64,000 bases of DNA from Octopus vulgaris. Taxonomy: Eukaryota. Location of the stretch: positions 59,706,001 through 59,770,000 of the forward strand of contig OX597831.1 in the NCBI GenBank assembly GCA_951406725.2, given 5' to 3'. Of the stretch, positions 53,830 through 64,000 are shown in pieces (the stretch's first letter is position 1; the number at the start of each line of letters is the position of its first letter). The notes under the pieces are model-generated. The model had not been told where the DNA came from. It worked only from the letters and a program-made list of their open reading frames with translations, and searched no databases. The translations under genes and the position numbers were made by a program.

Positions 53830-54290
53830 CTATGATAACAATTCTCATATTCCTCACGCTCATTATTACAAATTTCATTATTCCCCTAAGAATTATTATT
53901 ATCACGTCTGTCCTCTTCAACATCAACTGCCTCAGCAACCGAAGTATTGCAATTATCTTCACCACTCCCAGCATAATAATTTCCATTATCTTCTTCAGAA
54001 TTATCGTTATAGTCACTGTCCTCATCATCAACAGCCGCCTCGGATGTAGAAACTCTGCAATCATCATCAACCCATTATATTAACATCGACCTAGCAATCC
54101 TGATCATCATCTTTATCATAACGTCGTTATCATAATCGTAGTCATGTATATTTCCTTAACCGTTATTCTTTTCGCCTCATTATAATTATCATCCTCAACA
54201 TTATCATAAATATCAACATGATCCTCATAATCATGACGGTTTGCGATTAAGACAGTATTCACAATTTTCTGAATCTTACCATTATCAGCC
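53830..54290. repeat. Old, highly decayed (ATC/ATT)n trinucleotide tract
   Basis: Three-base periodicity of atc/att/ctc; the minus frame is D/E/N-rich but contains stops. Confidence 0.7.
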
Positions 54291-55219
54291 TAAATCCTAG
54301 TTTGCGAAATTTCGTCTCCGTCACGTAGGTGGGTTCATGACAATGAAACGCGTTTGGTCAGTAAATACCTAACTATAAATAAGAAATAGTTTGTAGTTAT
54401 TGGTAATCTTTCGAATTATGGAAGTCATTAGTTCATTATCTTCAAGTTTTTAACTACATTAACAGAATTTATTTCCTTCTATGTCTAAGGAAAATGACTT
54501 GGACTGACACATTATGTTTGATGTTAGGGATTCTGAAGAGATAGAGGTAATTTCACCTATTTCCAGTTGCCTCTAAACTACTGAAGTCGAACCAAGAGAG
54601 CTGGTTTCCAGTTAATGAAGGCAAAGTTACCACGTTTTCAATATAATACTAATGAAATTATCTAATATAGTTCAGTATTATATTTCTACTCATTGAAGAT
54701 GCATATATATGGAATTTGTTAAATTATACATGGTTAGTTACGTTAGATAACAATGTAATTAAATCAGCCTCTTGTCAGAATGATTCATCATATATTATTC
54801 AAGATACTTTATTCAAAGTTACATTAGATTTCCTAACAATTACAATGTAATAGCAAATTTTAAGTTAATAGTGCTATTTTCGAATATAGTGACATTTTCT
54901 CTATTTGATACTTACGCTGATAATACCAAACTGATATATTTTAATTGATTTGAAAGAGAAAATGTTATTATATATCTTACATTCATTGTTGACTTACAGC
55001 GTTTGCTGTTTTAGAGGAACAGGGTATAATAAAAGGTTCTGGCAAGATATCTGTTCGTCAGCGGAGAAAATTATTAATTTCACACATTGCTTTGCGCATA
55101 TTTGATTTCATTAATTAAAGCGCAGCCCAATTAAAACGAAAATATGCATGCATCAAAATATGATAATGAACATTATATACCTTTGAAGGATATTTGTCCT
55201 CACATTGTATGTTGTTAAC

Positions 55220-55260
55220 ATAAAATTTCGGCTGATATACCCTCCAGCCTTCATTAGGTG
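55220..55260 (-). ncRNA. Decayed hammerhead-like motif downstream of the PLE RT fragment
   Basis: Minus strand reads CTAATGA-A-GGCTG-GAGGGTATAT-CAGCC-GAAA: 5-bp stem II, G5A core mutation, cleavage site lost. Confidence 0.5.
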
Positions 55261-55454
55261 TTTCGAACCTGGGTTCTCATTCCTAACGTACTTTTCGATG
55301 TTATTTCTCTTGTTATTGTTATTATTATTATTATTATAATTATCATTCATGTCACTGAAATCGAACTCGGAATCATGTGGTTAGTAGCCCACACTCTTAA
55401 CCACTATGCCATATGCTTGTGGGCAATTATGGAGTCAATTTTAGGGCTTATAAA

Positions 55455-55720
55455 TCTAATCATCATTTCCATCAAGTCTCTTATTTGTATACTAGTGCGT
55501 TCTTTTAGATGGGTGTCTGTCATTAGTATTTCTTGCATCACCGGTGGTGCTTCACCAGTTGGGACTTAGGTAGTGAACAGACTTACCACATCTAGACTCG
55601 CCATCTGGTCGGTTTCAATGAGGGTATTCTTGATCAATTCTGTGAAATTATTCACGTATGATGTTGACTTTCCTGAAGCGGCTCAGTGAATGGTATACTG
55701 AATCTCAACAGTGGATGACA
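55455..55720 (-). mobile_element. Penelope-like element reverse transcriptase fragment
   Basis: Minus strand reads GKSTSYVNNFTELIKNTLIETDQMASLDVVSLFTT, then *VPTGEAPPVMQEILMTDTHLKERTSIQIRDLMEM; SxDVVSLFTxVP and L.ERT are PLE RT hallmarks. Confidence 0.85.
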
Positions 55721-55784
55721 TGTTGAACGTAATTTATCTGCCCCTCCGCCCCTCCTCCTCCTCCTCATCTTTCCTCCTCCTAAT

Positions 55785-55830
55785 CAACTACTACTACTAC
55801 AACTACTACTACTACTACTACTACTACTAT

Positions 55831-55879
<49 letters not shown>
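55785..55879. repeat. (TAC)n microsatellite
   Basis: Seen directly. Confidence 0.95.
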
Positions 55880-55880
<1 letters not shown>

Positions 55881-56165
55881 TGCTTGTCATGTATATATAA
55901 TCAACATAGTGAAACGTTGCTTTGGTGCTTTGGATTATACATAAAAACTATAAGAATGAAAATAACCGTATTTGACAATTGAAGTTTAGGAACGATTGGT
56001 GACAGATTTTGGAGTTTATTTAAGACATGTTCAGCGCAGGCATTCATAGTGTCTGCTTATAGATGTTTAGAATCAACATAATTTACCTTACCTAGATTGA
56101 CAGACGAATTTTAAGTGAATGGCACAAAACAATAAGTAAAGAAACGCAAATGACAAGAAATTTAA

Positions 56166-56386
56166 CCCTTTCGTTACTGTGTTTATTTTGAGATGCTCTG
56201 TGTTTTTTTCAATTATTTTAAATACAAAAAAGAATTTAGTAAAATAACTTAATTATCATTAAGCTAGTGTTAGGAACATAAATTGTGACTAAGGTTTGGT
56301 GGTATATTTTGATGCAACACTTATGAAAACAAGACATTTGTACCACAAAGCCAGAGCCAGTTTTGGCCGGGTTGGTAACGAAAGGG
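56166..56386. mobile_element. piggyBac-type MITE (221 bp)
   Basis: TTAA|CCCTTTCGTTAC ... GTAACGAAAGGG|TTGA: perfect 12-bp TIRs starting with CCC, and a TTAA target with one copy mutated. Confidence 0.9.
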
Positions 56387-56412
56387 TTGAATGAAAAAGT
56401 GTAATTAAACAA

Positions 56413-56830
56413 CAGAAGTGGCTGTGTGGTAAGTAGCTTGCTTACGAACTACATGGTACCGGGTTCAGTTCTACTGCGTGGCACCTTGGGGAATTGTCTT
56501 CTACTATAGGCCCGGGCCAACCAAAGTCTTGTGAGTGGATTTGGTAGACGGAAACTGAAAGAAGCTCGTCGTATAAATGTATATTTAAATGTATGTGTGT
56601 GTGTATATGTTTGTGTGTCTGTGCTTGGCAATGATTGACACATCGCTTGACAACAGATTCTGGGGTGTTTACGTCCCCGTAACTTAGCGGATCGGCAAAA
56701 AGAGACCGATAGAATAAGCACTAGGCTTACAAAGAATAAGTCCTGGGGTCGATTTGCTCGACTAAAAGCAGTGCTCCAGCATGGCCACAGTCAAATGACT
56801 GAAACAAGTAAAAGAGAGTAAAAAGTGAGT
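56413..56830 (+). mobile_element. tRNA-derived SINE family A, full length
   Basis: A-box-like TGGCTGTGTGG and B-box-like GGTTCAGTTC, a CORE-like GCACCTTGGG segment, internal (TG)n, and a repeated GAGTAAAA tail; at least six other copies occur in the window. Confidence 0.92.
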
Positions 56831-56834
56831 AATT

Positions 56835-57905
56835 GCCTAAAGAGCGGTGTAGTTCTGGAGTGGATGGTAGTGGGGGAAAACAATATTATTGATGAATGTT
56901 CAGTCAAAGGGCAATGAGGATGGCAAATACCGACCCGTTGCTTCTCTTAACCTTCAATGGAAAGTATTCAGAGGTATCTCCCTGCAGGGAAAATATATAC
57001 TTTCCTTGCAGAAAATAATCAACTGCCAGTAGAAGAAAAGGGATGCTGAGAAGGATCTAAGGGCACCAAGGACCACCTTGTGATAGACAAGGTTATAACG
57101 AAGAACTGTAAACGGTATCAAAAAAAAACTTGGCCTGGATACTCTTGAAAAAAAATGTTACGGCATGTTTCGGCATTTGTGGATGTGGGAAACACTCAAC
57201 ATGTGTGGAGTGGCCTAGAACGTGTGTGTGCACCGATTAAGATTAGCATGCCTGGTTGGAAAACACGTCTTTCCTGTAACAATCAGCTCTTAGACAAGGT
57301 AACCTTCAAAGGAGGTATCTTCCAACGATATTGCTGTTCACCTCTGTTATGTGTTATAGCCTTGATCCTCCTTTCTGTACTCCTATGCAAGTCAATGTAC
57401 ACTATGAGTTGAGGAAGAATGGACCTCGTCTCAAACACCTTCTCTTCAAGGATGATTTAAAACTGTCCGCAAATCAGAGCCTGAAACGGAGAGGCTGGTT
57501 GAGACTATGCAACTATGTAGCAAGGATATGGGGATGAACTTCGTTATCTCGAAGTGTGCAGTGCTTACTTTGAAGCGGGGAGAAGAGAGTAAACTTTACG
57601 GACATAGAATTGGCAAACGGAGAGAGAATAGACGACCCGGATGATGATAGTTACAAGTACCTCGGAAACTTGGAGCTGGACAATATCTTGCATAAAAAAA
57701 GGAAAGCAAAAGCCGTCACCGCATATTTCAAGCGCCGAAAATTTCTCTTAAAATCAAAACACAGCTCAAGGAGCCTTGTGACGGCCATCGAGATAAGGGC
57801 TGTTGCAGCTGTTCCTTATAGTGCACTCGTCCTGAAATGGACACAAGCGGAGATTAACCAACTCGATCGCACTACCCGAAAGACAATGACAATGTATGGT
57901 GCCCC
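56835..57905 (+). mobile_element. R4/Dong-clade LINE reverse transcriptase fragment
   Basis: KYRPVASLNLQWKVF, GTKDHLVIDK, GGIFQRYCCSPLL (decayed GIFQGDSLSPL), HLLFKDDLKL, GMNFVISKCA and SYKYLGNLE, with frameshifts. Confidence 0.9.
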
Positions 57906-58699
57906 CTCCACAAATGACGAAGAAATGCCTTTATGCCTTCTGTTTGGTTGGCTAACATGATAGCGACTTGTGCTATAACGAAATATTTTTCGGTGTCTTT
58001 TAATTCTGATATTACATTTCCCTTATACACATAGTAATACAAGATTCAATAACACTGATACGTGTATTAATTATATAGAATATTAAGTGACTGAAAATAA
58101 TAGAGCAGTAATATATGCACAAGAATGACAAGCAAATAGAATCTATTCAAAATATCTATAATTACTTCAAACGTATTTACAGTTTTCTTTTTAGTTTGGA
58201 TAATATTGAATTCACATTACAATTTTATTTGGTGTGCAGAAATTACAAATTACATATTCCATTTCACATATTCTGCTACTATTTACGGAAACATACATAT
58301 GAAATACTGTATATGAATTAAAATTTATTAATCCATTTGAAGATGAGGGAAAATTTTCATTGCGATTTAAATGCCATACGTATTTCAGAGCAATAAATTC
58401 ATATATACCAATTGAATGTATTTTCATAAATTAGAATATGTGGAAATATTTTACATAAAAGTCGATTTATATATGGAAGCTGCATAATCTTGTGTGGTTT
58501 TCAACAAATGCAGAACGAGACATATATAGGAAAATATATACTTATATACAAGGGCATGTACGCAATAAAACACATATATAGATTAGTATACATATGTTTG
58601 GTAGGGTTAACATGTGTGTGTGTATGTGCATATATTGATGCAGTTGGTATATCATTCCGCACTCTATATTGATTACATGCACACACACACAAACACGCA

Positions 58700-58741
<42 letters not shown>

Positions 58742-59600
58742 TATGTGTGTGTGTGTGTAAGTGTGTGCGTTCTTGAGAATTTCAGGAAATGTATGCATGT
58801 GCGTAGTGTATGAAATATGTTAATATCAGTAATTTTTCGTTTTTGGAATATCCGTTTCTGAAATATATATAAGGTGGCGTTTACACTTTGTGTAGAAGCG
58901 TGCGCACGTATGAATATATTTGCTTCTTCAATTTTCAGTGAATGCGGGTATGCATTTAGGTGTGCCTGTCACAACATGTTTATAATAAAGATGTGTCTTT
59001 ATCTATTTTTAAGGTTATAAAATTGTGCAAACATGTGTTGTGTTTAAGCATGGTAAGCGCACATGTAATTTTTTTAACACTACCGATTATTATTTTCAAA
59101 ATAAGCTCCTGTGTTTTGCTATGCAAATGTTCAATATTTCCCCATGCGCACAAATATAAACTAAACATCTTAGGCGTAAACATAAATTATAGTAAATATT
59201 TATTTGGGCTAATTATGTTGAGCAAACCAAGAATCTATTCGTAATGGCTCACCATATATCTAGAGCTCTACCTTTCAATTACTCCTTTTCATTAACTGAT
59301 GAATCTTACCTCCCCAATTATGTTTGTTTCCATATTATCTACTGGTCAAAGTGTGTTTAATGTCTATTTCATAAGCGTTTTGGGAATATGTTAACGCTAG
59401 AGTGATTGTTTTCTTTTTTACTTGTTATAATAGTTCATCTAGTTTGTGCAAAATTTTCAGAGATGTCTAACCTTAATTTGCTTTGTATATTTCATAATGA
59501 GGAATAATCGAATAATACTGTTACGTATAAGGACATTGGAAAACACACGTGTACCATGAAGTGCAGATTTGGCAACATCTATGCAATAAAATGATCTTAC

Positions 59601-59847
59601 AATACATGCAGTTCTAAAAATATTCTGGGAATAAAGAAAGGCGAGACTGTTCGTGATTGGTATAATACTGATTGAGTGTACAATGCACTTAATATAGGGC
59701 AGGTAACATCAGTGACAATGCCACTACTCATAAGATATCCATAAGCCAAATTTCTTTCCAAAGGCTTGCATATTGGAAGCTCTTCTAAAGAGGCAAAATG
59801 ACACGAGTTAACATCTAACGGTAAGATGGACAACAAAAGCAACAAGA
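59601..59847 (-). CDS. Weak candidate internal coding exon (hydrophobic, signal-peptide-like start)
   Basis: Open frame VLLLLLSILPLDVNSCHFASLEELPICKPLERNLAYG...LELHV in non-repetitive DNA, bounded by CTAAT..ATGCAG| and |GTAAG. No recognisable domain and a poor pyrimidine tract. Confidence 0.25.
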
Positions 59848-61009
59848 CTGCATTATTAGTTATTGCATTTCTAGATAATCTAATTATACTGATAGTATTT
59901 ATATTATAAAATATATATTTTGTTATCCATTTATTTTTACTTAGTTTATAGCATAAAGGTATATTCGTATTTTAGTTTAAGGAACCATTTATAGGGATTT
60001 TAGCTGCTATTGTATAGAATGAAAAAAATGATTGACAACTGTGAAATCAAATTGAGGACAACTATCAAACAAATTTAGTTGCAGACACATGGTTAGGAAC
60101 AAATTAAATTAAAAGGTATTCAACATGCAGATACGCAGCAATTTCCTTGACTTCCAGCAATCAATATTTCTATTCATTTAAGATGACACATATCTATTAA
60201 TTGTTGCAAACATTGATAAAAGTAGATTGTGAATTAAATTATATGATGACTATGATAGAGTGTTAAAATGTACCTAGGATTAATACATTTTAAAAATATG
60301 CTTCTAGTTGGGCTTTGTTCAAGCAGAGATATATACATGTGTAAGTGATCGGTGTCTTTAAGAATGTATATTTCCATATTAAAACTAGAAACAAAAACAA
60401 AAACAACACTAGAAAAATATTGCAGATTCCCATACGAGGGATGGCCACACACACATGCGCGCACACGCACACACAAGTAAGCTTATATATCATTACTCAA
60501 TTTGATTAGAAACAGAAAACTTTTACACAATTTAGAAGCGGAAGCAGAGGAAATACACAAAACCTAATATTCAGTTGTGAGGTTTATTACTTCTTGAGTA
60601 TATTACGATGGCAAGACGGGAAATTAAGTCATTGGCATGCCTTGACAGAAAGTTTAACGACAAATTGATGTTACAAATTATGAGCATTCACAGGGAAAAA
60701 TAATACTTATTCTCTGTTTTGTGCAATATGAAGAGAACAGCTGATACTTGACATCATTAAATTGTACGAGAAAAAAGGGAGGAATGTGTAGAATTTTGTT
60801 TCAAACAGGATAGAGACACCCACCCATATACGTAAATACATTCATTCTATATCTACTTGTTAACCTCTATGTCATATTATTTGGTGTCCAGTTTAAATAC
60901 ATACAGTCAACAAAGCAATTATGAGGAAAGATCCATTAATCTCAAGTATAGTCATAACTCTTATTAGATATATAATGTTTTCTACTTAGTTATTATTATT
61001 GAATAAATA

Positions 61010-61415
61010 GGATCTTTTCTATTTGAACGGCAGTTTTTAACATAATTTCTAGGTAACTAAAAAATTTTAAACTTCGTATACTGGTAGAATGTGTTTATAA
61101 AACATCTTTTTCTCTTGGCTTTATTGAGAACATTCTATAGTTTGTAAGATATTTGTTGTATTTTTCTTCAATATCTGCAATTTCAACCGATCACTGACGT
61201 CTATTGAGGTAAAAAACATTCTGTGCCGTATGAATATGTCCTTCGTTTAAGAAACAGATTGGGTTTATTTACATTTTTGAAGAAAAAATACCCTTCCCCC
61301 ACCCCTAACCCTAACACTAACCCTAACCCTAAAACCCTAAAACTAGGGTCATAATTATGGGTGAAAATTTCATATGACACCGCTAGAAAAACTGCCGTTC
61401 AAACCGAAAAGATCC
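61010..61415 (-). mobile_element. MITE with TIRs and 8-bp TSD (Merlin-like), copy 2, with internal telomeric repeats
   Basis: GGATCTTTTCTATTTGAACGGCAGTTTT and AAAACTGCCGTTCAAACCGAAAAGATCC; TSD AATAAATA at 61002-61009 and 61416-61423; inverted relative to 15095-15450. Confidence 0.92.
61303..61342 (-). repeat. Interstitial (TTAGGG)n-like tract, about 6 units
   Basis: Plus strand reads CCCTAA CCCTAA CACTAA CCCTAA CCCTAA AA CCCTAA. Confidence 0.9.
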
Positions 61416-61879
61416 AATAAATATTATATTTTCCCTGTGAGTGTTCATAACTTCTTACATCTGCTTGTTGGTAACCTTTCTTTCAGGGCAATCTAATAAA
61501 TATTTATATTTCAATTTTTTCTTGTGCATTTATTATAGATAAACGACAAGGTAAAACCAATTTATAATTTCCAGCGTAATTATATTTTTATAGAAAGCAC
61601 AAATTAAAGCAGAGGAAAACCTGCAAATTATTGATCTACATATCTGTCTTATATTCTTACACAAAAATAGGTAGGTACGCAGGTTTGGGTCTAAAGACGA
61701 TTGCTTTCTAACCAAGAAGTATTATATTTAATAACATTGCACGGCATTTTCGCCAATATCTGCATTATAGCCCTGCGCCGATCAAGGACTCCATTGTATC
61801 TATACATATAAACATATGTGAGTGTTCATGTACGTGTGTGTATGTATATGTATCTATGTGTGTACGTGTATATATGTGT

Positions 61880-62040
61880 TTGTCTGTGTTCCGAAATGTG
61901 GCTCGGCATCTAGTGCCAGTTTATGTCACCGTAACTCAGAAGCAAATAAAATAAGCACCAGACTTAAAAATATGTACTGGGGTCAATTTGTTTGAGTGAC
62001 CATTTAAAGCGGTGCCCCAGCATTGCCGTAGTCCAAGATA
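61880..62040 (+). mobile_element. SINE family A-related 3' fragment
   Basis: aataagcaccagacttaaaaatatgtactggggtcaatttgtttgag...gcggtgccccagcattgccgtagtcca. Confidence 0.65.
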
Positions 62041-63381
62041 GAAGGCTCTCATTTGTAACTACAGCAATATCATTTAGTGTTGTCGCTCATTTTCTTCCTT
62101 GTTATTTGCAAATGAATCTTGACATTCAGTTACCCCAAGGAAGCATAACCAATTATACTGGAGCTAAGCTACCGGAATGGGTACCAAAATGGGTATGAGT
62201 ACATTGCGTAGTCATGCGATTACAAAATTCAAAATCAGTATATCACTCTTACTTTTATGCACATAGTGCCAAATTTAATGCTATGTCTATATAGCAACAC
62301 AAATTGAAATCTGATTTTTAAATTGAATTTATTTCTGCTTAATCGAATAACTAAGGAATGATGTAATGGTAATGACCTTTTTTTGCTTAGAAGTAAAAAG
62401 TATCGCAAATAAATGGCTTTAGTCAAAATTGAAATGTAATATTTTGCTCAGATACTGTAAAGGCTTATGTATTTTAAAATTAAGGAAACAACGATCCATG
62501 AGCAAGGGGAAAATGCCGAAATGATTGTCGTTGATATGCACTCACCGTGCAATGACGCTAGAATGCGCTAGATCGAAAATTATTATCATATAACAGCTGT
62601 GTTAGGGAGAAATTCTGTAATGTGTTTATAGGAATTTGGGAGGTCAGATTCAGTAGAATTTCTGATAAATGCAATAATGCTGCATTCACAAATTTGACAC
62701 TGCCTTAGTGCCTTGTGGAGTTGTAATGTTAAAGAAACAACCACAAACAAATAATGAGCAGTGACACATTATAAACTATGTGAAAACTTCATATGGAGAC
62801 CATAAATCTATGCTAAATGATTCCCAAATAATGTCACCACGATTATTTACAAGCTGCAAAGTTTGAAACAAGCCCGTTCTTTTACGTTTTCCTGGAACAA
62901 CTGTGGTATGTGTTGAGAGACAATTTGGGCGGCATCTTCCTGTGACATTTCTCAAATAACTTTGAATATTTCAGTTGTGTGCTGCTCATGGCTTGAGAGT
63001 ATCCCTGATCCTTATATTTTCTTCATATTCAAGGATATGGTAAAAGCTTTTTCTTGAAATTTATCAATCGAAATGTCCAAGAACAGTCTTGTATTTCAGT
63101 GGAATTAGTTCGCCATTTGTGATAGGGTGGGAGGAAATGGGGCGCTTTTAATTTACCGACGAAATAATCTAATAAAAGCATAGACAGTGGTAATTCTGTA
63201 AATAGGTGGAGTCAGTGATTGCAGCAGTCAATTAAGGATAATAAAGGAGGGAGTTGCTGTATCACTCGAAACGGTGTAGGAGGAATATGAAGCTAGAAAC
63301 AATTGTTTATACTTCCGTTATTGTAGAGTATGCATTCAGAAAGATGGAAAAAGTGATGTACCTATGTATGTACATAAGGTT

Positions 63382-63506
63382 GTATGTATGTATGTATGTA
63401 TGTATGTATGTATGTATGTATGTATGTATGTATGTATGTATGTATGTATGTATGTATGTATGTATGTATATATATATATATATATATATATGTATGCATG
63501 TATATA

Positions 63507-63565
<59 letters not shown>

Positions 63566-63637
63566 GTATATATATATGTATATATATATATGTACATATA
63601 TACACATAATTTATACAGATATATATATATATATATA
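63382..63637. repeat. (TATG)n/(TA)n microsatellite
   Basis: Seen directly. Confidence 0.95.
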
Positions 63638-64000
63638 TTTACTCTACTGATGTTGACCGATGTTTACAAAGTCTGTATTCTCATAAGTGTCACAGCGATA
63701 GTCTGTTGACTGGACTGCATCATCGAGACGGTGTCACCGGTCATCTTAGATGGCAGTTGCTGCTCGTGACGCGAGAAACTTTTACGCTGATCTGTCTGCA
63801 GCAGGGTTTCAAATTCGCATGGATTAATGCCGCTCCATTTGATGTTTCTTTTCAGAAAATCGTTGTATATCAGTTTATATAAACTAAGGGATAAGGCAAA
63901 AATATTATTGATTAAACTCGAAAGCAGAAAACTATGGAGAGAAACCTTTCCGGGTAGAATTGAATGCAGGTCCCAAATTGTGACACAAGGCCAGCAGTTC

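Noticed and set aside
53714-54083. Ile-rich (+) and acidic (-) reading frames
   Set aside because: Decayed (ATC)n tract; the acidic frame has internal stops.
61303-61342. Chromosome end or fusion site
   Set aside because: The tract is short and lies inside a TIR/TSD-bounded MITE.
62590-63130. Coding-like complex sequence
   Set aside because: The minus-strand frames I read contain stops, the ORF track lists nothing here, and I could not assign it to a family.

Overview
Very AT-rich, microsatellite-dense eukaryotic (metazoan) DNA. The SINE families, (TA)n/(CA)n/(AAT)n density and TTAGGG-type repeats suggest a cephalopod such as Octopus; this is inference, not a database match. I can support no intact host protein-coding gene: nearly all listed ORFs are microsatellite read-throughs or decayed transposon fragments, apart from one weak candidate exon at 59601-59847 (-). 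The window is a transposable-element graveyard with five mariner fragments, RTE and R4/Dong LINE fragments, a decayed Ty3/gypsy element, Penelope-like (PLE) RT and GIY-YIG fragments, two tRNA-type SINE families, non-autonomous Helitrons, a piggyBac MITE and two 8-bp-TSD (Merlin-like) MITEs, one of which carries telomeric repeats. The strongest signal not visible in the ORF track is a set of about nine type I hammerhead ribozyme (HHR) motifs on both strands, ranging from complete to decayed. Most lie in short non-coding cassettes inside or next to (TA)n arrays, and two form a near-perfect inverted pair at 39358-39639. All folds and translations were done by eye.
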